64,000 nucleotides of DNA from Setoptus koraiensis (lineage: Eukaryota > Animalia > Arthropoda), in NCBI GenBank assembly GCA_048013815.1, contig CM106585.1, positions 22,072,001 to 22,136,000 on the forward strand, read 5' to 3'. The notes beneath the pieces were generated by a model. The model worked only from the letters and a program-made list of their open reading frames with translations, had not been told where the DNA came from and ran no database searches. A program made the translations under genes and the position numbers. Below, one piece after another: positions 37,814 to 48,024 of the stretch. Within the stretch, counting starts at the first letter, position 1, and every line of letters begins with the position of its first letter.

Positions 37814-40571
37814 ATCAGACAACAAAGATAGATGAGTGGCGTGCTAAAACAAGTCAACCTGAACCAATCTAAACTGGTGATGTGCCTGGCCTAGCTAGTT
37901 TGAGGATTGTTACAACAGACGGTAGTCCAAATATATAAGCCGGATGTTTCTGATTAATGGCTGGCTAGTTGTTGGCTTTGTTTTATTCAGTTCAAACGAA
38001 TTCTATCTATTCTTGAATTCAATACACTAAGTGTACCGGTGTACAAGTCACACCAACACAATCGACAATCATAGGAAGGGAGTGAGACCTATAGTCATGA
38101 TTAATGTGAAATGATTATGATGATATGCAGAGAATATGCATTTATAATTCGGCTTGGTCGACGATTAATAATCAGCCAACTTCCTTTCCAAGTGCTCTGT
38201 CTCTTATCTTTTGCAACTGGCTTATAGCTTAAGAGAATAACATTTATGAAGGCGAGACTTACGCAAGTAGTTGGCTTCCAATTTCACTCGGCCACTACTA
38301 TCTTTCTTGTCCAACTAGCCAACCAAGTGGTGGCAGGTGCTCGCTTAAGCGCGCCAAGCAACCTAATCGTGATTTGTTAAGCTAACTTTGGTTTGTATTT
38401 TCTCATTTGCAGGAGTTTTGTCATTATTTTTTGTTTTCTTTTCTCATCTGCCGATGGCACACTGTTGATATAATTCCACAATTGTTACTTGAATTCTCTG
38501 TTTTTATTCCTCTCTAGTCTAGGTTGTTCTCGTTGTTGTTATTGTCTTTTCATCATGGCTACTACATAACAAATGTTGACGCACCATCTGGTGTAAATAT
38601 TCACAAAAGTCAACAAACTAATCATACTATTGATTCATGTTCGCATCTCAATTGAAAAGTGATCTTATCTAGATATAATTGAGATTGTCTAATATGATTC
38701 TTGTCTTGCCAATTGTTGGTTTGTTGTTCATGACATACTATACTATGCTATGTGCGACACAAGTCAACTCTGTGATGACCAAAAAGTGTTTTGCGTGTAT
38801 ACGTGATGCTACAATGAATATCAATGGCAGATTAATCAATTAATAAATTGATTGATTAATTGTGCGTGTGTGTGTTTGAATCGAGTTTGATTAAGTCAAC
38901 AAAGTCAACCAGTCATCATGACAAACAATGCGAATAACTAAACTATAACCATCACTATATAAGTGATGTCATGTCATTTGCATCCAATCACACCGCATCT
39001 AATTTCATCTCATCGTCGACATCATCGCAACCGATCGTTCCAAATATAGATTGTATATTCTATTTCTATCACGGCATTAATAGTTATAAGTGTATCGGGT
39101 TTAGGAAGTTGACACACAATTTATTGGAACAGACGACTGAATGTTGCATGATGGTGATTATGCGTAGACTGGCCCAGCAAATAACTGTCAGCGCTACACT
39201 TTCATGTCATGCTTTCATCGGTTGACTGTGTGTGTTATTGTTTCATAATAATGTATATTTATTTGGTGTTTTATTTTTGTGTGTGATCTATGGCTCACGC
39301 TTGTCAACGACAGACCTTTGTTACCTTTGTCGACGCCTGACAAATGAGTTTACCTCTATGAATGTTTCTCCGGTTAACAACAACTAATGGAACAAACGGA
39401 TAATAATAATATACTATCGCTATCAATGTTGTTGTGGTTGTTGGCGAGTATCATCATCGATGATGATACTCGCCAAAGTTTAGTTCGGCCCGATTGCTGT
39501 TGAATCACTTGTTGTGCGCCACACATGAGACACAAACGTGGCAAGCTAACTCGCATATCCATGATTACAGGCAAGAGAATTATTTAATTATGGCATCAAG
39601 TGCTCTACTCTTAATCCTTGTTAGTGGTAGTAGTTGGCAAACGAAACGACAATGTGCAATGTAGTTGTGCAGCTTAGTTTACAATGAACTAGTGTTGGCT
39701 CGATCGAAATAAAACCACAAGCAAGTGTGTGGTCAACACTACGATGGATCTAACATTTGTCATCACATGACAGTACGTGACTTGTTGCATGAGGCGAAGC
39801 AAACATTACCCTTTGAACTCTGGCTTGTTTCGTCGAGTTACACGACAGGGTTCATGAGTGGCCCCTCTGTGGCCACCATCGGTCGGCCATATGAACAATT
39901 GCGGCTGTGGCAGTGGCACGCTACTTTCACAGGTTGCACATGTCGATATCATGAGTGAACGATATTATTAGTGAACGATATCATTAGTGATGGAGATTGT
40001 CAAAATAAATTATCCAATATTTTCGATGTATTTTGTGTGGCGCCCTGTGTGGCCCAGAGTGTCGATGGCCCGACGTGGTGGGGCCACAAAGAGCGACTCA
40101 CAACTACTCTCACCTCTTGTCAACTACTCTCATCTGGCCCTCTACCGGTGCACGTATGTCGACCAGGCTGCATCGAGTGTCGCAAGCGTAATTAGTAGCG
40201 ATTTTTACTCACTCGCTAATTAATTATTCAGCTGTTTCTTAATTAGCGAGTGTGTTGTTGTCAACTGTTGCTCTGTAAGCAAGCGGGCGCAGGGCATAAC
40301 TCACGTTCGTGAGTCACTTTGTTACTGTTGCGCAACGCGCACAGATTATTGTGCCACGAACAATGCGTTTGGTATTTAGTGCAGAAAGCATGTGCGAATG
40401 CATTGCGTGTCGTGACTAGAAACCATGTGGTCACTAATGTGAATTTTCTAGTTTTTATCTTCAATTTATTCATTATTTATTGTACATAATCTCTACATAA
40501 CACGCACGCTACAAGACAATTAATTCATCTCCCCCCAATATAATATTTTACAATATCACACGAGTAACAAA

Positions 40572-41861
40572 ATGGCCCTCAATCTAGCTCTGTTGAGCTT
40601 TCAAGTCAACGAACACAAGGGACTGACATTCGACCCAGAGCACGCTAAGATTATAAACAACCAAGACCCATTATCTAATCCCATACAGCCGGTAGTGCTG
40701 GCTTGCCAGAGAACAGTTAAGACTTGCTTTTTGGATACAATGTACGACACCTTCTTTTGTGCCAAAGAATCTATCAAGAATTTCAATAATAAGGTTATTC
40801 TAGCATATTTGGTCAGTTCTAACACTATCGCTGGCGGCGGCATAGTAGATGGAGCCACCACTACTGTGGCCACCATAAAATATTATCAGCTTTGCCCGGA
40901 CACTAGCTACAAAGTCAGTATTGAATTAGAGCAATTGTATGACACTAGGCTACCCTCTACAGATCCAAACAGCTTTAAGATTGGTTTGACTAATAAGCGC
41001 GTCGAAAAACTCGTAGAATCTCTTGACAAAGCCTTCCGACTGGATGGCAAAATTGAGCATATACCCCTACTTAAGAGAGGCCGACTAGATAAGCCTCACT
41101 ATCTAGTATCAAGCGACGAGCGAGTTCTAGAGTATGACTTTGATAAAGTTGTCTACGATCAAAAGAGCGATTTTCAGGATATTAAAATTTTACACTCGCC
41201 AAGTCTAGGAAATGTCTTACTATTGGACAAGCTACAAAACTTAGCCGAAAAAGATCTACCCTATACGTTGGCTCTAATGAATTATGGCAAAGTCAGCTAT
41301 ACTGGCAAAGAAATACTCATACTAGGCGGCGGAGATGGAGGCCTGCTGCACGAGTTGCTCAAAGAAAATCCCAAAATGGTAACCATGATTGACATAGACA
41401 AGGGCGTTGTCGACTCGTGTCGTGAACATATGAAACCATGCGGCGACAGTATGAAAGAATTGGAGGGGCCTCGGCACAAAATTATTATTGGCGATTGCTT
41501 GAAATATCTTAGGGAGTACGTTAAATCAGAGCGCAAATTTGATGTAATCTTCAGCGATCTAACGGACATACCTATAAGTGAGAGACCCGAATTATTAACA
41601 TGCTTCTCTCCTACGTACGCTAGCGACAATCCTTGGCACTTTATTGAAGTTATATTTTCGCTGTCACTTCGCTGCCTCAAACCCGATGGTCTATATATGA
41701 ATCATGCAATAGGTTCGGGGTCTATAGATGCACTTAAAGCCTATGAAGAGTTCCTAGATAAATCACCCATCAAGGTCAAATATGAGCGTCACTCCGCGTA
41801 CGTTCCATCATTCATGGAGGATTGGGTCTTTTATCAAATTAGCAAGCTGCCTACAAAGTAG
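40572..41861 (+). CDS. SMS: Spermine synthase, single exon
   Basis: SSDERVLEYDFD, SDFQDIKILHSPSLGNVLLLDKLQNLAEKDLPY, ILILGGGDGGLLHELLK, FDVIFSDLTDIPIS and YVPSFMEDWVF. The extended N-terminal domain and LTDIPIS motif indicate spermine rather than spermidine synthase. Confidence 0.92.
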   Translation: MALNLALLSFQVNEHKGLTFDPEHAKIINNQDPLSNPIQPVVLACQRTVKTCFLDTMYDTFFCAKESIKNFNNKVILAYLVSSNTIAGGGIVDGATTTVATIKYYQLCPDTSYKVSIELEQLYDTRLPSTDPNSFKIGLTNKRVEKLVESLDKAFRLDGKIEHIPLLKRGRLDKPHYLVSSDERVLEYDFDKVVYDQKSDFQDIKILHSPSLGNVLLLDKLQNLAEKDLPYTLALMNYGKVSYTGKEILILGGGDGGLLHELLKENPKMVTMIDIDKGVVDSCREHMKPCGDSMKELEGPRHKIIIGDCLKYLREYVKSERKFDVIFSDLTDIPISERPELLTCFSPTYASDNPWHFIEVIFSLSLRCLKPDGLYMNHAIGSGSIDALKAYEEFLDKSPIKVKYERHSAYVPSFMEDWVFYQISKLPTK

Positions 41862-41876
41862 ACTGGATAAAGTTTA

Positions 41877-42713
41877 TCATTCTGACACAGTTACCTGTAG
41901 AGTCAAATGTGTCAATTTCAAACAGATGTTTGGTTTCAACCATAATAAAGAAGAGAAAAATGATTTGATTTTTCTACGTTCGATAATTATATTCAATAAT
42001 ACCGTCAATACGCAAAACTTGTATATCGAGCTATCGGCAAATCGATTAGATAGCCTCTGCGCCTCCTTGGCTTCCTTTTCGTCTAACGTTTGCCGAAACA
42101 CAAGCGTTTTAATCACCACATTTGTATGGGATATCATGACCTTGAAAAGCAGTTCGAGCTCGCTCATTTGAGAATCCTCGACTTCAATATTCTTTGGCTC
42201 GGACATAGCAATCACTGGGTCCAGGCTCGCTGCTAACTCATTGATTTCTTCTGCTGACTGTATCAATAATTTCTTACAATTGAGAGCAACTTGACTTTCG
42301 AGCAGTCTGAAGGAGCGAGCCAATCCGTTCTCATGTTTAAGGTTGAGAATCATACTCCGGCTGGCATTTTTCCTCAATTGTTGCTCAAGTTGCAACAATT
42401 TATCTGTAAAGTCAGGCTCGCACAACGAATGAACCGTGCCAGCTTGCTCGACCAAATCCTTCAACGCCCGGATATCATCGATTCCATTTGTGCTGTGGAT
42501 ACACTTGTTGAGCATATCATTTTTCTTCACAGTCAATTCATAGGTGCGATCGTTTCGGAGCGCTATCTCTGCGAATTTTAAGAACGCAGGAATTGTGTCC
42601 ATTGTTTTTACCAAGGAAATGCATCGCTTTTTGGTGATTGCTAGGGCGTCGGAAGAGTCAGTTAAACAAACACAAACGATGGAGACAAAAGCGACTAGTT
42701 TCAAACGAGCCAT
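41877..42713 (-). CDS. Tandem family copy A: signal-peptide protein, truncated/divergent (278 aa)
   Basis: Signal peptide MARLKLVAFVSIVCVCLTDSSDA. Shares the ALKDLVEQAGTVHSLCEPDF.DKL and F..QVAL.CK..L motifs with copies B and C but lacks their C-terminal half. Confidence 0.8.
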   Translation of the reverse strand: MARLKLVAFVSIVCVCLTDSSDALAITKKRCISLVKTMDTIPAFLKFAEIALRNDRTYELTVKKNDMLNKCIHSTNGIDDIRALKDLVEQAGTVHSLCEPDFTDKLLQLEQQLRKNASRSMILNLKHENGLARSFRLLESQVALNCKKLLIQSAEEINELAASLDPVIAMSEPKNIEVEDSQMSELELLFKVMISHTNVVIKTLVFRQTLDEKEAKEAQRLSNRFADSSIYKFCVLTVLLNIIIERRKIKSFFSSLLWLKPNICLKLTHLTLQVTVSE

Positions 42714-42865
42714 TTTGCTCTTCTCCTTTCGGAACCTTTAATTTTTGTTTTCGATGCAATCAATTTTTCGTATTGATTAGAAAGAAATCGGGAGGAATAT
42801 TCACTGCGACGCAAATGTGTTTGTGCTGGCAAAATCATTATCGTCCACATAAATTTTACACACAT

Positions 42866-42975
42866 AAAATAACTAAGCTTTCGAAGCTTCATACCTATCG
42901 CTATTTATACTAGAGGTAGAGAAGCTCGTTTCACTTTAGGACTGGAATCGGCATTTGGTTGTCTATTTTTAAAAG
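42866..42975 (-). promoter_or_regulatory. TATA + Inr promoter cassette of copy A
   Basis: On the minus strand, CTAGTATAAATAG (42913-42901) is followed about 35 nt later by the Inr-like TTAGTT. The same cassette precedes the other copies. Confidence 0.6.
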
Positions 42976-43177
42976 CGGTCATGACTCATGATTCATGAGG
43001 CTGCACAACAGTCGATCTTGACCGATCTTGTTGTGAGTTAGTAAGTTCGTCAGTTTGTCAGTTTAGTTATACTAAATGAATTTGGGAATATTCGCGATTG
43101 TTGTCGCAAACGATCGCATGAATTTGACAGATTTTTATTCTTATATAATGATAGACGGGATAACTTTGCTCTTCTCA

Positions 43178-44605
43178 CTAGTACTTGGGCTTTCGCCGGA
43201 GTAAATAAGCAGTAAGATAGCCCAACAGCACTCCAACAAGCACAGATACTGCAATATGCCAGCCAACGTGGGCCGCATGATGAGAATGGGCCGCAATGTG
43301 ACTAGTTACGTGACTTGCGACACCATGACCAGTCGAGGTCACTTCAGTACCACCGAATTGGACGTCACCCTCGGGATCCTCTTGATTTTCCAATATTGAT
43401 CGCTTAATTGATTCGTCAAGAATGTTCACTTTGACATATTTCGACACTACAAGCTCTGCCTGACTACCCAAGCGTCTCTGCAGGAATCCGTTGACGCCAT
43501 CAGTTTGTGTGTAACATTCGAGATTGGGGTCAAACGAGTTGAAATTGTCGGCTTGCTCAAATTTATGGGCCGACTCTCTTAGATGGTTCTCTTTGTCGAC
43601 ATTGACGGTGAATAGACTTTCGTCGTACTGCTGCTCCGTTTTCATTTTATCAATAACATCGCTCTCTAAATCTAGCTTAACATCCGCAAGAAGGACACCC
43701 TGACAGAATTGCACGGCTTTGATCCATTTCTGGACCGTTGGATCGGCGCTCAGCTTGTCATCTAAAGTGTCAAAATCCTTTCGTGCAAAATATCCTTTCC
43801 AGGCCAACCGAGCTATTGTGTATATCGAGCTTTGGGCGAATCGATCAATCAGCTTGCACGCCCTCTTGGCTTTCAAAAAATCATCTACCATGCCCTGCGA
43901 ACTCAATGTCAGACCTATCGAAAACTCAGAATCTGGTGTGGGTTTCAGCGATTCAGTAAGGAGGAGATTTTCTACTCTTGTGAACACATTGGGAGTAAAT
44001 TTCTTGGCGAAATTCAGCAGGAGGTTGCCTTTTGGAAGATTCTTAGCCTGGTTTTCATCAGCTTTTGTGTTTTTCTCCTCCAACATAGCAGTCACTGTGT
44101 TGATACTGGCGGCTACATCAGCATTACTATTTTCTGCTGATTGTAGTTTTTGCACCAATGATTCCTTACAAGTGAGGACGACTTGACCAGCAAATAATCG
44201 GAAGAAGTGAGCCAACCTGTGCTTTTGTAAGCGTTTGAGATATTTACTCTGGCTCGCATTGGCCTTCAATTGCTTGTTGAATTTCACCAGTTTATCCGCA
44301 AAGTCAGGCTCGCACACAGAATGAACCGTGCCAGCTTGTTCGACCAATTCTTTCAGCGCCAAGATGTCAGCGAAACCATTTTTACTGTGAACACACCTGT
44401 TGAGAATGGCGCTTTTCTCATCGCTCATTGCTTCTGTGCGATCATATTCAAGGGTTATCTCCGCAAAGTCGACAAATTCAGGAATCGTTTTCATTTTTTT
44501 AACCAAAAAACTACACCATTCTTTGCTGACAGCTTGAGCGTCGGAAGTGTAAGCTAAGCAAAAAAACGCTATAGAGACTATAGCGAGCACTTTCAATTGA
44601 GCCAT
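43178..44605 (-). CDS. Tandem family copy B: signal peptide, helical Cys-containing ectodomain, His-rich stalk, C-terminal TM (475 aa)
   Basis: The real start is most likely ATG 44605 (MAQLKVLAIVSIAFFCLAYTSDAQA), which aligns with the paralog starts, rather than the ORF-track start at 44722. It ends ...HSHHAAHVGWHIAVSVLVGVLLGYLTAYLLRRKPKY. Confidence 0.85.
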   Translation of the reverse strand: MAQLKVLAIVSIAFFCLAYTSDAQAVSKEWCSFLVKKMKTIPEFVDFAEITLEYDRTEAMSDEKSAILNRCVHSKNGFADILALKELVEQAGTVHSVCEPDFADKLVKFNKQLKANASQSKYLKRLQKHRLAHFFRLFAGQVVLTCKESLVQKLQSAENSNADVAASINTVTAMLEEKNTKADENQAKNLPKGNLLLNFAKKFTPNVFTRVENLLLTESLKPTPDSEFSIGLTLSSQGMVDDFLKAKRACKLIDRFAQSSIYTIARLAWKGYFARKDFDTLDDKLSADPTVQKWIKAVQFCQGVLLADVKLDLESDVIDKMKTEQQYDESLFTVNVDKENHLRESAHKFEQADNFNSFDPNLECYTQTDGVNGFLQRRLGSQAELVVSKYVKVNILDESIKRSILENQEDPEGDVQFGGTEVTSTGHGVASHVTSHIAAHSHHAAHVGWHIAVSVLVGVLLGYLTAYLLRRKPKY

Positions 44606-44740
44606 TATGCTGTTCTTTTTTTCAATCTTTGGATTTTTATGCTTGATGGAATAATGTTTTTGAATTAGCATACACGGAGCTTTCTCTAGGATAAAAATTT
44701 TGTTAGATTTGCCGGAAAACACTCGGTTCCTTTCTAGTTA

Positions 44741-44830
44741 CAATAACTGAGGCATCAAAGCTTCATACCCGTCACTATTTATACTAGAGATTGGAAAGCT
44801 GGCTACATTTTGGAGTTGCTTGGGAGTTTA
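44741..44830 (-). promoter_or_regulatory. TATA + Inr promoter cassette of copy B
   Basis: Minus strand: CTAGTATAAATAGTGAC (44787-44771), then TCAGTTATTG (44750-44741), the arthropod initiator. Confidence 0.65.
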
Positions 44831-45613
44831 TTTATAAATGCTTCAAAGATAGACATAGTTCCGAATGTCTGCCTGGACCCACATACTTTCACCTTTGCAC
44901 AAAATGAACCTGCCTTCATACCCGTCACTATTTACACTGGAGCTCGAGAGGCTTGTTTCTTTTTCGGATCGGAGTTGACGTTTGGGTGTCTATTTTTACA
45001 CGCAATCATGAGGCTGCAAGATGCTCACACTTCCAACTGGACCCACATTCCAATTCTATAGAACTGATATTTTTGTAGTTTTGTTTATCGATTCTCTCTC
45101 CAGCTATAACTTACAAGCAAAGCGCCTGCTGAATTCATGTAAACAAACCATGAGGGCCAAATTCGTTCACATAGGCCATGAACAGTTTAACGCTGCAGAA
45201 GCGATCGAGAAAGTTATGCAAGTCTTTGGACTTGCCAAATTAACCAGTATTAGTTGCCAACCAGTAGTAGTTAACAAGTACAATCGCCTTCATAAACATT
45301 GTGGAAGGGGAAAAAATGGGTATTGTATGGAACAGCGCCACACTTTGATTTTGATGAAACTTCATACGTGGGGCCCGCAGGGCCCCCTGACAACAGTTTG
45401 AGTGGTCCGGAAGTGCGGAAACTTCCGGTTCCTGTCTTGCTAGAGGCAATTGTAATTGTACTATAAAAACTATAAATAATTGTAATTGTACTATGGCAGA
45501 ATGACACAATTGTTACGAGACTGTCTAGCTTTATATATTTTTGGGATTTTGATTGAAATTGAGCTGAACGAAGGAAATGTTTATTGCATTGTAGCATGAA
45601 TAGGACAGACGTT

Positions 45614-47092
45614 TTATCGGATAGACAGTTGATAAGCCCGATGCTCTTCCCATACTCTCTTTCCATGCTTGAAATGGACGAAAATCAAGAAAGCCAAAAA
45701 AGCAACTGCACCAGCAATCAAACCTATCAAAGCACCTTTGCTAAGATTCAGAAATTGATGAGAATGGGCTGCCACGTGACTGGTTGCATGACCTGTCATT
45801 GCATGACCAGTGGAGGTCACTTCTGCACCACCGAATTGAACCGCATTTTCGGGATCATCATGATCTTCCGCCAGCGATCGCTCAATCGATTCGTCGAGAA
45901 CATTTACTTTGAAATACTTGGACATAGCAAGTTCAGCCTTGCTACCCAAGCGTCTCTGTAGCCATCCGTTGACTCCGCTTGTTTGTGTGTAACATTTGAG
46001 ATCGGTGTCAAACGAATCGAAATTATCAGCTTGCTCGAATTTGTGCACCGGTTTCCTCGATTTATTTTGTTTGTCCAGGTTTACAGTGAATAAACTTTCG
46101 TCGCTCAGTACCTCTTGGTCCAGTTTTTCTCTTACATCTTCCTCTAAATCGACATGGGCTTTTATGAGCAGAACCCCCTGACAGAATTGAACGGCTCTGA
46201 TCCATTTCTGGACTGCGGGATCGCTGCTCAGGCTTCTATCTAAACTTTCAGCATCGTTTCGTGCCAAATATCCTTTCCAGGCCAAACGAGAGATTGTGTA
46301 TAGCGAGCTCTGGGCGAATTCATCAATGAGGTTGCAAGCCTTCCTGGCTTTTACAAACTCATCTACCATGCTCTGCGAGTTCAATGTTATACCCATGGAA
46401 AACTCGGACTCTGGCGTGGGTTTCAGCGATTCCGTCAAAATGAGATTCTCGACCTTTGTGAACTCATTGGGGTTGTATTTCATAGCAAGACTCAACATAA
46501 TGCGCGAGCTCTTTGATAGATTCTTCTTGGCCCAATCTTCATCGCGTTGGGCCTTTTGCGCTTCCGACATGCCAATCACTGTATCAATGCTGGCTGCTAG
46601 GTCAGCATTACTATTTTCTGCTGATTGTAGTTTTTGTGCCAAAGATTTCTTACAGGTGAGAGCAACTTGACTAGCAAATATTCGGAAGAAGCGAGTCAAT
46701 CTATTCGTTTGTGTGCGTTTGAGATATCTACCATGGCTGGCATTATCTTTTAATTGTTTGTGGAATTTCACCAATTTATCCGCAAAGTCAGGCTCGCACA
46801 CTGAATGAACCGTGCCAGCTTGCTCGACCAATTCTTTCAGCGCCAAGATATCAGCAAAACCATTTTTACTGTGAACACACCTGTTGAGAATGGCGCTTTT
46901 CTCATCGCTCATTGCTTCTGTGCGATCGTTTTCGAGCGTCATCTTCGCAAAGTCTTTGAATAAAGGAATCGTATCCATTTTTCTTACGAAAGGACCACAC
47001 CATTCTTTGCTGATAACGTAAGCGTCAGAAGTGTAAGTTAAACAAACACAAACCATGATGACAATAGCGAGCACTTTCAATTGAGTCATCAT
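45614..47092 (-). CDS. Tandem family copy C: signal peptide, helical ectodomain, His-rich stalk, C-terminal TM (492 aa)
   Basis: Signal MMTQLKVLAIVIMVCVCLTYTSDA. Colinear with copy B over its whole length with 7 mature Cys conserved; TM GALIGLIAGAVAFLAFLIFVHF. Confidence 0.88.
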   Translation of the reverse strand: MMTQLKVLAIVIMVCVCLTYTSDAYVISKEWCGPFVRKMDTIPLFKDFAKMTLENDRTEAMSDEKSAILNRCVHSKNGFADILALKELVEQAGTVHSVCEPDFADKLVKFHKQLKDNASHGRYLKRTQTNRLTRFFRIFASQVALTCKKSLAQKLQSAENSNADLAASIDTVIGMSEAQKAQRDEDWAKKNLSKSSRIMLSLAMKYNPNEFTKVENLILTESLKPTPESEFSMGITLNSQSMVDEFVKARKACNLIDEFAQSSLYTISRLAWKGYLARNDAESLDRSLSSDPAVQKWIRAVQFCQGVLLIKAHVDLEEDVREKLDQEVLSDESLFTVNLDKQNKSRKPVHKFEQADNFDSFDTDLKCYTQTSGVNGWLQRRLGSKAELAMSKYFKVNVLDESIERSLAEDHDDPENAVQFGGAEVTSTGHAMTGHATSHVAAHSHQFLNLSKGALIGLIAGAVAFLAFLIFVHFKHGKRVWEEHRAYQLSIR

Positions 47093-47240
47093 GCTGTCCT
47101 CTTTCCTGGGCGTCTAATTGTTGTGTTCGATGCAATGAATGTTTTCAAATTTGCAGAAAAGGAGCTTTCACTACGACCTAAATTCTGTTAGATTTGCAGA
47201 AAAAACACTTATCGTTCCTAGAACTTTACCTTTCAAGTTA

Positions 47241-47345
47241 CAATAACTGAGGCCTCGAGACTTCATACCTGTCACTATTTTTACTAGAGATTGGGAAGCT
47301 CGCTCACATTTTTTTGAAGTTGATTGGGAGTCTATTTTTAAATGC
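47241..47345 (-). promoter_or_regulatory. Promoter cassette of copy C
   Basis: Minus strand: CTAGTAAAAATAGTGAC (TATA variant), then TCAGTTATTG (47250-47241), identical to the copy B Inr. Confidence 0.6.
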
Positions 47346-47387
47346 TATAAAGAGACTGTCAGACACACATAGTTTCGAATGTCTGCA

Positions 47388-47477
47388 TTAGTCTTTGCTG
47401 ATAGCTACAGAGTCGGAGGAGTAAATTAAACAAACGCAAACGACAGAGACGATAGCGAGCAGTTTCAATTGGGCCAT
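47388..47477 (-). pseudogene. Tandem family copy D: pseudogene fragment (signal peptide then stop)
   Basis: ATG 47477 encodes MAQLKLLAIVSVVCVCLIYSSDSVAISKD*C. TAA replaces the Trp of the paralog ISKEWC and the rest of the gene is deleted. It has its own cassette upstream at about 47631-47730. Confidence 0.8.
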
Positions 47478-48024
47478 TATGCTGTTATTCTTTCCGAGCT
47501 TTTAAAATTCGTATCCGGACCAATCAATGTTTTCGAATTGATAAGAAAAAAATATGCGGCATCGCAAATTCGTTTGGATTTGCTGGAAAAACGCTCATAG
47601 TCGACATAAGGCCCACCTTTCTAATGAGCTAACTGACCTCGCGAGCCTCTCACCTGTCGCTATTCATACTGGAAGTCGAGAAGCTGTTTCATTTTCGAAT
47701 TGGAATTGGCATTCGCGTGTCTATTTTTAAACGCATTCTCTCTAGAGTCTAGAAAACAATTTTGAATCAAATGGAAAAGGTGCAATTGTGGCAGCGCTTA
47801 GAAATAGACTCAACGTAAGTGTGATAGATTTTGTTTATTTCTTATTTGCACATATTGTGCGTTGAGTAGGGACCAATGAGCAATAGGTATAGTGGACAAA
47901 ACAAGCGGCCACCAATAAAATTTATTGGCCGATGACGGACACTGATCTACTGAGTGAATTGATTAGATTAAATTATTTAGAATAATGAGGCCAATAATGA
48001 CCGACAAGCACAACCATAGACTGT

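Noticed and set aside
40572-41861. Intronless aminopropyltransferase as possible bacterial horizontal transfer
   Set aside because: The motifs and N-terminal domain match animal spermine synthase, and lack of introns is general in this window.
43340-43400. Acidic-FGG junction as a bacteriocin-type double-glycine leader
   Set aside because: Eukaryotic context, the proteins already have a classical signal peptide, and no processing transporter is present. The resemblance is superficial.
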